The position numbers and the translations under genes were made by a program. Of a stretch of DNA of 64,000 nucleotides, positions 41,794-50,754 are shown piece by piece. The number at the start of each line of letters is the position of its first letter. The first letter of the stretch is position 1. The notes under the pieces are model-generated. The model was not told where the DNA came from and made no database searches. It saw nothing but the letters and a program-made list of their open reading frames with translations. This stretch comes from a bacterium (GTDB taxonomy: Bacteria; UBA8248): assembly GCA_965219955.1 (NCBI GenBank), contig OZ244799.1, forward strand, positions 2,272,001 through 2,336,000. The letters are read 5' to 3'.

Positions 41794-42567
41794 CTACACG
41801 CGCACAAAAACGCCTTCAACGACCCCGCTGAACCAACAGACGGGAGGAATCTTGGAGAGCCAGGCCTCGGCCCCAAGCCATATATGCGGATGCGCTCCCA
41901 GCAATTGCCTGAATCTATCCGGCAAAGGGGTGAAATTCCTGGGCAGAATATTCGAGTACCAAGTCTCGACCGCTTCGAACCCGAACGTGGAGAGGAGTCG
42001 ACACATTTTTTCCATGGAATAGAGCCGCTCGTGATCGCTCGCGCGGAAGACGTTTCTCGCCATGAACTCCGCATAGCTCCATTCGTTGGGAAGCATCATC
42101 ACGATGAGCAACCCCTCGGGGCGCAAGATGCGCCGAATTTCCGTGAGCGAGCCGCTTTCGTCTTCCACGTGCTCCAGAACGCCGCAGGACAAAACGACGT
42201 CGAACGACTCGTCCTCGAAGGGAAGCCGTACGGGGTCTTCGCCGTAAACGACATTCAGGTTCTGCTCGCGCAGAAAGGAGTTCCAGGGAGAGGGTTCTTC
42301 CGCCTCGATGGTATAGGAAATGACTTCGAAACCCCGGTTTCTCAAAAGATAAGACATTTGCCCGTAGCCGCATCCCCAATCCAGCAGCCTGCCGCCACCA
42401 GGATTCAGGTGTTTCACGGTATCCGCTTTGCGCAGGTAATTGGCGCGACCCAGCGGCGTGCTGAGGTGATAGAGACCGGCGCAGCCTTCGGCCAGCGAAC
42501 GCTCGACGGCGCGGGCGAGGGCCGCCATCTCTTCGGACTCGGCTCGAGGAGAGCGTTTTATCGGCAT
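41794..42567 (-). CDS. Class I SAM-dependent methyltransferase
   Basis: LDWGCGYG, LPF-x3-SFD, VLEHV, RILRPEG. Confidence 0.88.
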   Translation of the reverse strand: MPIKRSPRAESEEMAALARAVERSLAEGCAGLYHLSTPLGRANYLRKADTVKHLNPGGGRLLDWGCGYGQMSYLLRNRGFEVISYTIEAEEPSPWNSFLREQNLNVVYGEDPVRLPFEDESFDVVLSCGVLEHVEDESGSLTEIRRILRPEGLLIVMMLPNEWSYAEFMARNVFRASDHERLYSMEKMCRLLSTFGFEAVETWYSNILPRNFTPLPDRFRQLLGAHPHIWLGAEAWLSKIPPVCWFSGVVEGVFVRV

Positions 42568-42710
42568 GGAATATGAACCTTGTGTTTCTCGTGGAGGCAA
42601 GACCTACTCTAACCCCGGGATCACGCGGAACACAAGGCTCGCTTGACACGGGGCCGGTGGTGGGAGAACTTCCGAATAACTTGCTCTCCACTTACTCGAG
42701 GGATAACGCC

Positions 42711-43577
42711 ATGAACGATCGTGGTGCGCGCCTCCGGGCGCTTCTGGAAGAGAACCGGCCCGTGCTCGCTCCCGCCTGCATCGACGCCTTCAGCGCGCGC
42801 ATGGTGGAGCAGGCGGGGTTCGAGGTGAACTATCTGACGGGCAACGGCGCATCGGCGGCGCTCCTCGGCAAGCCCGACGTGGGCTTCATGACGCTGCGCG
42901 AGGTGGCCGACGTTTGCCGGAACGTCGTTCAGGCGACTTCGATTCCCCTCATCGCGGACGCCGACACCGGCTACGGCAACGCCGTGAACATGATCCGCAC
43001 CGTCCGCGAACTCGAATCGGCGGGCGTCGCCTGCATCCAGATCGAGGATCAGGTGACCCCCAAAAAGTGCGGCTTCCTGCCCGGCTCGATCCCCGTCATC
43101 TCGCTGGAAGAACAGCTCGGCAAGCTGAAAGCGGCTCTCGATGCTCGGGAGAGCGAGGATTTCCTCATCCTCGCCCGCACGGACGCCGCCGCCGACCATG
43201 GGCTGGACGAGGCGATCCGCCGGGCGGTCGCCTATAAGGAGGCGGGAGCCGACCTCACCTTTATCGAGGTGGAAGGCACCGAGGAGGAACTGAGACAAAT
43301 CGGAGCCGAGGTTCCCCCGCCCCACGTCACCACGCTGGATGAATCGAGGCGCGAGGCGGCCCTCAGCGTGGATGAACTCGGCGAACTCGGTTTCGGCGTC
43401 ATCATCTACCCGGGCATCGTGCGCTGCACGTACCTGAAAGCGGTGAACGACGTGCTGCGCATCTTGAAGGAAGAAGGCTCCACGCGCTCGGCGCGCGAGA
43501 TGATGGCCACTTTTCAGGAATACAACGACGCCCTGGGCATCTCGGAAATCCAGACGTGGGAGCGCGAATACCTCTAG
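42711..43577 (+). CDS. Isocitrate lyase/PEP mutase family enzyme (PrpB-like)
   Basis: DADTGYG, IEDQ-x2-PKKCG, ARTDA. Confidence 0.9.
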   Translation: MNDRGARLRALLEENRPVLAPACIDAFSARMVEQAGFEVNYLTGNGASAALLGKPDVGFMTLREVADVCRNVVQATSIPLIADADTGYGNAVNMIRTVRELESAGVACIQIEDQVTPKKCGFLPGSIPVISLEEQLGKLKAALDARESEDFLILARTDAAADHGLDEAIRRAVAYKEAGADLTFIEVEGTEEELRQIGAEVPPPHVTTLDESRREAALSVDELGELGFGVIIYPGIVRCTYLKAVNDVLRILKEEGSTRSAREMMATFQEYNDALGISEIQTWEREYL

Positions 43578-43608
43578 TACCCCACCGGCGTCTTGCAAGG
43601 AGCGGAAC

Positions 43609-43908
43609 ATGATCACCGTAGGGATGTATTACGAAGTGCTGCCGGGCAAGGAGAAAGAGTTCGAGGAGAAATTCGAGGCCGTGGCCGGCGCCCTCGAAGG
43701 ACAGGCCGGCCACGTGCAGAGCCTTCTGTATCAGCAGGTGAAAAATCCCAATTCCTACACCATCCTCTCGGAGTGGGAGGCGCAGGAAGACTTCATGGCC
43801 TTCATCAGGAGCGATGCCTTTCGCGCCGTCACGGACTGGGGAAAGGCGGAGATCCTGGCGGGCCGGCCTCGCCACAAGCTCTATGGCCGCGAGGGCGACC
43901 TCCACTAG
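43609..43908 (+). CDS. ABM (antibiotic biosynthesis monooxygenase) family protein
   Basis: 99 aa; V-x-PGKE-x-EFE, SEW, ferredoxin-like pattern; AGGAG SD. Confidence 0.8.
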   Translation: MITVGMYYEVLPGKEKEFEEKFEAVAGALEGQAGHVQSLLYQQVKNPNSYTILSEWEAQEDFMAFIRSDAFRAVTDWGKAEILAGRPRHKLYGREGDLH

Positions 43909-43919
43909 AGGGAAACTGA

Positions 43920-44798
43920 ATGCCGGATATGCTCCCCTGCCCGCCGCCCGATCCCCAGCCCAGAGCGCCCTGCTTCGAGCTACCCTCCGGCGCCTGGGAT
44001 ACCCACGGACACATCTTCGGTCCCGAGAGCAAGTACGCCTACTCCCCCCGAAGGGGCTACACGCCTCCCGACGCCTCACTCGATGCGTACGAAACCCTCC
44101 ACCGCACGCTCGGCGTGGCGCGCGGCGTCCTCACCCAGCCGAGCGTCTACGGGATCGACAACACCGCCATGCTCGACGCCATGGCCCGCTCCGGCGGGCG
44201 GCTTATGGGCGTGGCCTCCGTGGGCAGGGAGGTGAGCGAGGCGGAGTTGACGCGCCTTCACGAGGCGGGCGTTCGCGGCCTGCGCATCAACCTGGCGGAC
44301 AAGGGCGGGAATCCCTTCGATTCGTTCGCGGACGTTCAGGCGATGGGCGAGCGCATCGTGGACATGGGCTGGCACCTGGAGTTTCTGATCCACGTGCATG
44401 AGTTCCAAGCTCTCAGGAAAACCTTCTCCGCCCTGCCCGTCCACAGCGTTTTCGGGCACATGGGCTACGTCCCGGCGGGCGAGGGTTTAGGCCCACTCCA
44501 GGAATTCATGGGCTTGCTCAAAGAGGGCAGAACCTGGGTGAAGCTCACTGGCACATACCGCATCACGGGCCTGAAGCAGACCCCCTACTCGGACGTCGAC
44601 CCCATCGCCCGCGCTCTCATCGAAGCGGCGCCCGAGCGCGTCATCTGGGGCACGGACTGGCCGCATCCCGTCTGCAAGATTCCGATGCCCAACGACGGCG
44701 ACTTGCTGGATCAACTGCTCGACTGGGCGCCGGATGAGAGCGTCCGGGAAAAAATACTCGTGGAAAATCCCCTGAAACTGCTCGGGATCGAAAGATAG
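43920..44798 (+). CDS. Amidohydrolase, 2-pyrone-4,6-dicarboxylate lactonase (LigI)-like
   Basis: DTHGHIFG, QPSVYG-x-DN, GVRGLR, WGTDWPH. Confidence 0.88.
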   Translation: MPDMLPCPPPDPQPRAPCFELPSGAWDTHGHIFGPESKYAYSPRRGYTPPDASLDAYETLHRTLGVARGVLTQPSVYGIDNTAMLDAMARSGGRLMGVASVGREVSEAELTRLHEAGVRGLRINLADKGGNPFDSFADVQAMGERIVDMGWHLEFLIHVHEFQALRKTFSALPVHSVFGHMGYVPAGEGLGPLQEFMGLLKEGRTWVKLTGTYRITGLKQTPYSDVDPIARALIEAAPERVIWGTDWPHPVCKIPMPNDGDLLDQLLDWAPDESVREKILVENPLKLLGIER

Positions 44799-44807
44799 GA
44801 GAGAAAC

Positions 44808-45713
44808 ATGGCGCGCAAGGCAACGAAAAAAATCGCATTCCTGGGTCTGGGCCGCATGGGCGGATTGATGACGAAGCACCAGGTCGACGCCGGCTTCCCG
44901 GTCACGGGCTACGATCCCTCGGCGAAAGCCATCGCTACTGCGAAGAAAAACGGCGCCAAAACCGCCAGAACCGTCGCGGCGGCGGTGAAGGGCGCCGACG
45001 TGGTTTGCAGTTCGCTTCCCTCGCCCGCCGTTGTGAGGGACGTCTACCTCGGCCCCAGGGGCGTGCTCGAGACGGCGCGGCGCGGCGCCGTCTGCTTTGA
45101 GCTTTCGACCAGCACCGTCAGCCTGGCGAAGGAGATCGGGGAGGCGGCGAAGAAAAAGGGAATCGCCTTTCTGGACGCTCCCGTCAGCGGGAGCATTCCG
45201 CACCTGGAGCGCAAGGAAGTGGCCGCCATCGTGGGCGGAGACCAGACCGCGCTCAAGGAACACCGCGACGTGCTCGACGCCTTCAGCAAGTCGGTCACCT
45301 ATATGGGGAAATCCGGCAACGGCCTGATCATGAAACTGGTGACGAACCACATCCTGAACATCCACCACTCCGGCATGGCCGAGGGTCTCGCCTTCGGGAT
45401 GAAGGCGGGGCTGACGGCTCCCAAGATGATGAAATTCTTACAAGGCAGCGTGATCCCCCTGTTGATACATTACAAGGGCACCACGATGGCGGCGCGTGAT
45501 TATTCCGACGTCATCGCGAACCTGGGGATCAGCTTCAAGGATTTGGGACTCAGCATCAACGAGGCGAACGACTTGGGCGCCCCCGTACCCCTGGGCGCCG
45601 CCGCGCGGCAGCAATACACCTCCGCCATGGCGCTCGGCCTCGAAGATGCGGACTTCAACGCGGTTTTCGAGTCGTTCCTGAACGCCATGGGAACGAGGCC
45701 GAAGAGAAAATAA
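44808..45713 (+). CDS. Beta-hydroxyacid (3-hydroxyisobutyrate-type) dehydrogenase, copy 1
   Basis: GLGRMG, LDAPVSG, G-x3-KLVTN, KDL. Confidence 0.9.
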   Translation: MARKATKKIAFLGLGRMGGLMTKHQVDAGFPVTGYDPSAKAIATAKKNGAKTARTVAAAVKGADVVCSSLPSPAVVRDVYLGPRGVLETARRGAVCFELSTSTVSLAKEIGEAAKKKGIAFLDAPVSGSIPHLERKEVAAIVGGDQTALKEHRDVLDAFSKSVTYMGKSGNGLIMKLVTNHILNIHHSGMAEGLAFGMKAGLTAPKMMKFLQGSVIPLLIHYKGTTMAARDYSDVIANLGISFKDLGLSINEANDLGAPVPLGAAARQQYTSAMALGLEDADFNAVFESFLNAMGTRPKRK

Positions 45714-45842
45714 TTTTACAGGGGCAAACGGATGTACATGCTTGCATCGGAGACGCCTGTCCTGATTTTGGAGGGATGCCTCAAGTCGGTTTCATGGTGT
45801 GGGCATTAAGCATGGCAGATGAAATTTCAGGATTTTGAAGAT

Positions 45843-46757
45843 ATGGCGCGCAAGGCAACGAAAAAAATCGCGTTCCTGGGCCTTGGCCGAATGGGCGGGT
45901 TGATGGCGAAACACCTGGTTGATGCGGGCTTCGACGTCACCGGCTACGACCCCGTGCCAAGGGCTGCCTCCGCCGCGAAGAAAAACGGCGCCAAAACCGC
46001 GAAAACCGTCGCGGCGGCCGTCAAGGGCGCTGACGTGGTTTGCAGTTCGCTCCCCAAGACCGACATCGTGAGAGACGTCTACCTGGGCAAAGGCGGCGCG
46101 CTCAAGACCATGCGGCGCGGCGCGGTATGCTTCGAGCTTTCGACGAGCAGCGTCGTCCTCGCAAAAGAGATCGCCGCAGAAGCCAGGAAGAAGAGAATCG
46201 CGTTTCTGGACGCTCCCGTGCTCGGAAGCGTTCCGCACCTGGAGCAAAAGGGAGTCTCCGCCATCGTGGGCGGAGACGAGGCTGCGCTCAAGGAACACCG
46301 TGACGTGCTCGACGCCTTCAGCAAGTCGGTCACATACATGGGGAAATCCGGAAACGGCCTGCTCATGAAGCTGGTATCGAACCACATCGTCTTCATCCAG
46401 CACGCCGGCATGGCCGAGGGACTCGCATTCGGGGTGAAGGCGGGACTCACGGCCCGGAAAATGATGAAATTCCTGCAAGGGAGCGTGATTCCGGACCTGA
46501 TCCACTACAAAGGCCCGGAGATGGCGGCGCGCGATTATTCCAATGTCATAGGGAACCTGGGACTCAGCTACAAGGACATGGGAATCAGCATGAACGAAGC
46601 GAACGATCTGGGCGTTCCCGTTCCCATTGGCGCCGCCGCGCGGCAGCAGCATACCTCCGCCATGGCGCTCGGGTTCGAACACGCGGACTTGAACGCCGTT
46701 TTCGAGGCTTTCCTGAACGCCGCGGGAATGAAGCCGCAGAAAAAATCATTTTCATAG
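45843..46757 (+). CDS. Beta-hydroxyacid dehydrogenase, copy 2
   Basis: Close paralog of 44808-45713. Confidence 0.9.
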   Translation: MARKATKKIAFLGLGRMGGLMAKHLVDAGFDVTGYDPVPRAASAAKKNGAKTAKTVAAAVKGADVVCSSLPKTDIVRDVYLGKGGALKTMRRGAVCFELSTSSVVLAKEIAAEARKKRIAFLDAPVLGSVPHLEQKGVSAIVGGDEAALKEHRDVLDAFSKSVTYMGKSGNGLLMKLVSNHIVFIQHAGMAEGLAFGVKAGLTARKMMKFLQGSVIPDLIHYKGPEMAARDYSNVIGNLGLSYKDMGISMNEANDLGVPVPIGAAARQQHTSAMALGFEHADLNAVFEAFLNAAGMKPQKKSFS

Positions 46758-46893
46758 GGGCAGGCAAATACCCCACACGAGACGGGGGGCGCCTCTCCTG
46801 ATTTCATGAGGGATGGGCCTGTCCCCTCCCAGTCCATTGGCTCGCAAGCATGGACACTCAGCAATGGCGCATTACATTTAGGAGTGATTAGAA

Positions 46894-47772
46894 ATGGCGA
46901 AAGTGGTTGCTTTTCTGGGCCTCGGCAACATGGGCTCGGGCATGTCGGAAAATCTGGTGAAGGCGGGCTTCGAGGTTCGTGGCTTCGACCCCGTCCCCGC
47001 CGCACGCGAGCGGGCGGCATCGGCCGGCCTTACCGTCTTCGAGACGGCGGCGGAAGCCGCCACGGGGGCCGAGGTCATCTGCAGTTCGGTGCCCGAAGTC
47101 GAGCACGCGAGAGAAGCATATCTGGGAGAGACCGGCGCGCTCACGACGGCTACGGAAGGCGCGGTCTGTTTCGACCTGTCCACCCTCACGGTCGAGGGGA
47201 GCCAGGAGTTGGCGGCGGAAGCGGAAAAACAAGGCGTCCGGTTTCTGGATACCCCCGTGAGCGGGAGCGTGCCCCACGCGAGGGCGGGCACCCTCGCCAT
47301 CATGGCGGGGGGCGATGAGGCCTCGCTCGAAGCCCACCGCGACGTTCTGGAGGCCTTCAGCGCCTCGATCCACTACTTCGGCGCGAACGGCGCGGGCCTC
47401 CAGATGAAGCTGGTGACGAACCACATCTTCTCGATTCACATCTCCGCCATCGCCGAGGCGCTCACCATGGGGACGAAGGGAGGCCTCGACCCCGAACTGA
47501 TGGTCGAGTTCCTGAAAGCGAGCGTCATCCCCAAAATCCTCGAATACAAGGCCTCGCCCATGATCGCCAAGGACTACACGCCCACCTTCACGGTGAACCT
47601 GATGCTCAAGGATCTGCGCATCATCGCGGCGATGGCCGACGGCGTCGGGACGCCGATTCCGCTGGGCACGATGGCGCGGCAGGTCTACATGGGCGCAGCG
47701 GCCCTGGGCCACGGCGACGCGGACCAGAACGCCATTCTGGAGTTTTTCGAAAAAGGCGCGGGGATGGATTAG
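46894..47772 (+). CDS. Beta-hydroxyacid dehydrogenase, copy 3
   Basis: GLGNMG, DTPVSG, KLVTN, KDL. Confidence 0.9.
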   Translation: MAKVVAFLGLGNMGSGMSENLVKAGFEVRGFDPVPAARERAASAGLTVFETAAEAATGAEVICSSVPEVEHAREAYLGETGALTTATEGAVCFDLSTLTVEGSQELAAEAEKQGVRFLDTPVSGSVPHARAGTLAIMAGGDEASLEAHRDVLEAFSASIHYFGANGAGLQMKLVTNHIFSIHISAIAEALTMGTKGGLDPELMVEFLKASVIPKILEYKASPMIAKDYTPTFTVNLMLKDLRIIAAMADGVGTPIPLGTMARQVYMGAAALGHGDADQNAILEFFEKGAGMD

Positions 47773-47780
47773 CGCGAAGA

Positions 47781-48098
47781 GGGGTTGTTGAAAAAGCCCG
47801 ATGCGGCGCAACCCCCCTCCTCGTCCTGCGTGGCCCGCCGCTCCGCCTCACCCTGAGTAGCGGCGAAGCCGCTTATCGAAGGGCGAAATTCGCGCCCGCT
47901 GCAGAGATGCGCCCCTCCATCCTTCGATACGGCGCTTGCGCGCCTACTCAGGATGAGGTTTTGTGGCCGCCCGCATCGGATATGTTCATCCCCGTGACTA
48001 CGCTTCGCAGGGACAGACACGGGGACCTCGGACAGGCACGGGGCCTGTCCGCTACAAACCCTCTACTTGCAGGAGCTTGGGCGGACTTTTTCAACAAC
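47781..48098. mobile_element. MITE-like IR-bounded element with REP doublet
   Basis: GGGGTTGTTGAAAAAGCCC ... GGACTTTTTCAACAAC; CCTGAGTAG...TATCGAAGG inverted pair at about 47850-47956. Confidence 0.55.
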
Positions 48099-48357
48099 GA
48101 AGAGTGAGCGTTTGTCGTGCTGTTGATTCCACAAGCTGTCGTGGGCGCGTCTCTTGCGGCATGGCGCTTGGCGCTTTTTTCCGGATAATGACTCGATTTC
48201 GATGTTTCAAGAATCAGGCTTGCTATTCTTGAGTAAATTAGTTTAGTATTCGAAAGAATTGCGGGGCGGGCACTGCGCGCTCTGAAGTGCCGATAACTTA
48301 CGATTATCTATCCCATATCCCTTTTCAGCGAACGCTGGGAGCAAAGGAGATCAAGAA

Positions 48358-49557
48358 ATGTCGAAAACAGGACGGGACCTGCTCGAGGACGCGCGGGGCG
48401 ATGTTCCTGAGATCACGGCGGAGGAAGTGAAGTACGCCGTCGATACCGGCGCCGAGGTGGCGCTCATTGACGTGCGCGAACCGGATGAGTTCCGGGGCGG
48501 CTACCTGCCGGGTGCGGAGCACGTGAGCCGCGGATTCCTGGAACTCAAGATCGAGCAGGTCGTCCCCGACAGAAAGACGCCCATCGTCGCCTATTGCGCG
48601 GGCGGCGTGCGCTCGCTGCTCGCGGGCCAGGTGCTCCAGTCCATGGGTTATCAGAACGTGAAATCCATGGCGGGCGGTTACGGCAAGTGGAAGGATCTCG
48701 GTTTTCCCGTCCAGGTGGACAAGCAAATGAGCGCCGAGCAGCTGAACCGCTACAGCCGCCACTTCTTGCTCTCCCAGATCGGGGAAAAAGGCCAGGCCAA
48801 ACTCCTGGACGCCAAGGTCGTCCTGATAGGCGCGGGCGGGCTGGGTTCTCCCACCGGGCTGTATCTGACGGCCATGGGCGTGGGCAACATCGGCATCGTG
48901 GATATGGACGTCGTGGACATGAGCAACCTGCAGCGCCAGATCGTCCACACGAACGATCGCGTGGGCACCTCCAAGGTCGAGAGCGCGGCCGCCACCTTCA
49001 CCGCGCTGAACCCCGACGTGAACGTCATCGCGCACGAAGATAGAATCAACCGCGACAACGCGCTCGATATCCTGAAAGACTACGACGTCATCGTGAACGG
49101 GGCGGACAATTTCCCGACCCGCTACCTCGTGAACGACGCGGCTGTCTTTCTCGGAAAGCCCATCGTCGACGCCTCTATCTTCAAGTTCGAGGGCCAGGCC
49201 ACCGTCTACCATCCCGCCAAGGGCGGCCCCTGCTACCGCTGCCTCTATCCCGAACCGCCGCCGCCCGGCATGGTGCCCTCCTGCCAGGACGCGGGCGTGC
49301 TCGGCGCGCTTTGCGGCACGATGGGCTCCATCCAGGCGACGGAGACGGCCAAGCTCATCGTGGGCTTCGGCGAACCGCTTATCGGCAAACTCCTGATGTA
49401 CGACGCGCTCAAATCGCAGTTCAGGACGCTCAAGATCAGGCGCGACCCCGCCTGCCCGGTGTGCGGAGACAGCCCCTCCATCACCGAGCTCATCGACTAC
49501 GAGTTCTTCTGCGGCCTCACCGAAGCCCCCGCTACGGCCTCCGTCAACGGGGGCTGA
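48358..49557 (+). CDS. moeB: Rhodanese plus MoeB/ThiF adenylyltransferase
   Basis: N-terminal DVRE and YCAGGVRS; RYSRH, GAGGLG, SNLQRQ, CYRCL, CPVC. Confidence 0.9.
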   Translation: MSKTGRDLLEDARGDVPEITAEEVKYAVDTGAEVALIDVREPDEFRGGYLPGAEHVSRGFLELKIEQVVPDRKTPIVAYCAGGVRSLLAGQVLQSMGYQNVKSMAGGYGKWKDLGFPVQVDKQMSAEQLNRYSRHFLLSQIGEKGQAKLLDAKVVLIGAGGLGSPTGLYLTAMGVGNIGIVDMDVVDMSNLQRQIVHTNDRVGTSKVESAAATFTALNPDVNVIAHEDRINRDNALDILKDYDVIVNGADNFPTRYLVNDAAVFLGKPIVDASIFKFEGQATVYHPAKGGPCYRCLYPEPPPPGMVPSCQDAGVLGALCGTMGSIQATETAKLIVGFGEPLIGKLLMYDALKSQFRTLKIRRDPACPVCGDSPSITELIDYEFFCGLTEAPATASVNGG

Positions 49558-49616
49558 TGGGAGAGAAGCGGGCAAGGAAGCGGACGTGGTGAACTAACAA
49601 AACCCAGCAAAAAGAC

Positions 49617-49646
49617 ACCCCCGGGGCATGAGCCTCGGGGGTTTTT
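49617..49646 (+). terminator. Rho-independent terminator after moeB
   Basis: ACCCCCGGGGC-ATGA-GCCTCGGGGGT then TTTT. Confidence 0.75.
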
Positions 49647-49676
49647 CGCTTTTCACATAAATTCAAAATATTTTGC

Positions 49677-49705
49677 TTGACAATAATAATTATTTGACTC
49701 ATAGT
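49677..49705 (+). promoter_or_regulatory. Sigma70-type promoter of the retron locus
   Basis: TTGACA-17 nt-CATAGT with AT-rich upstream sequence. Confidence 0.55.
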
Positions 49706-49763
49706 TAGAAATATTGCAGCAGGGTGATTCGCCCTGTATGTTCTTTGACAATCCATCTTCGAG

Positions 49764-50113
49764 TTTGGTGTTTAGACTTCTATCCGACACCTCTCCAAGC
49801 ATTCGGCTTTTCTGGATGCTTGTGCTTGAAATTTAGGCTATGCCTAAAATCCAGTGTGAAAATTCCGGCACTGTGATTTCCCATCTATGCAGCGAATCCA
49901 AGACCTTAGGTTTCCTATTTACAGAAGCATCGGGCATTGGGTTATCGGTCACTCACAAAATGAAAAATGTATGGAGAGGGCGTTCGCACTATTAATGAAC
50001 ATTATAGGCGAACTAGCGAATGAGGGGGTCTTACGGTAGATCCCGCCAGTTTCTAATCAGAAACAAACAAAGGACAAAGGAGGTGATTAGATGAAGAAAA
50101 TTTAAACACCAAA
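49764..50113 (+). ncRNA. Putative retron msr-msd non-coding RNA
   Basis: 11-bp arms TTTGGTGTTTA (49764-49774) and TAAACACCAAA (50103-50113); G49775 in TTAG context; several internal hairpins; upstream of a retron-type RT. Confidence 0.65.
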
Positions 50114-50152
50114 ATCTCCGCCCGACAACTTTATCCATAGGAGAAAAAATAA

Positions 50153-50464
50153 ATGGATAAAATCGGTAACTCGAAGGTGGGCCTTGAGAGGGCCGTAAAA
50201 GATGTTATCAAAGTCGCTTATAAGCTACTTCGGCAACAAAACGACCCTCTTATGGCGGGGACTTCAAAGGTAGTTCGTTGTCGTCTCAAGCAGCTTGAGC
50301 GTCAGTTGCAAAAAAAGCGAACGAATCCATTTCCCAAAAAAGAACTGGATAAAATCGCTAGAGAAGCAACTGACACGATAAGCTATCTTATGAAGTCCCT
50401 CATTCGTTACTTATTTTCCGCAATTTACAATTGCGAGTTATTGAAAGCATGGAAAACAAATTAG
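50153..50464 (+). CDS. Small basic helical protein, candidate retron effector
   Basis: 103 aa; AGGAG SD; overlaps the HTH gene. Confidence 0.65.
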   Translation: MDKIGNSKVGLERAVKDVIKVAYKLLRQQNDPLMAGTSKVVRCRLKQLERQLQKKRTNPFPKKELDKIAREATDTISYLMKSLIRYLFSAIYNCELLKAWKTN

Positions 50465-50754
50465 GCAACACACTAAAAGTAATTAGAGTAGCTGCAGGTA
50501 TAAACCAGTCCGCTATGGCAAAAAAGCTGGAGATTACCCAAAACTATTTGTCTTTGGTCGAAAACAATCACAAAGAACCGAGCTTATCATTCTTGAAAAA
50601 GTTTGCCTCTAGTTTCGATATTCCTCTTGGGTATTTTTTATGGCTAGCCTTAGACAAGCAAGAAAATATGGAGGAAAAAGAATTGCGTGACAAGATGGAA
50701 ATACTTCTCAAAGAAATACTAATAGGCAGAAGAAGTGAAAATGTTACAGGATAA
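50449..50754 (+). CDS. XRE/Cro-family HTH protein
   Basis: LKVIR-x3-GINQ-x2-MA-x2-LEITQNYLSLVENN-x-KEPS. Confidence 0.9.
   Translation: MENKLGNTLKVIRVAAGINQSAMAKKLEITQNYLSLVENNHKEPSLSFLKKFASSFDIPLGYFLWLALDKQENMEEKELRDKMEILLKEILIGRRSENVTG

Noticed and set aside
35181-42567. Glycosyltransferase cluster as a novel system
   Set aside because: A routine LPS/surface polysaccharide locus linked to kdsB-pyrG-kdsA.
48358-49557. E1-like MoeB next to the retron as part of a ubiquitin-like defence system
   Set aside because: Ordinary rhodanese-MoeB with host-like GC, separated by a terminator; no E2, JAB or cyclase gene.
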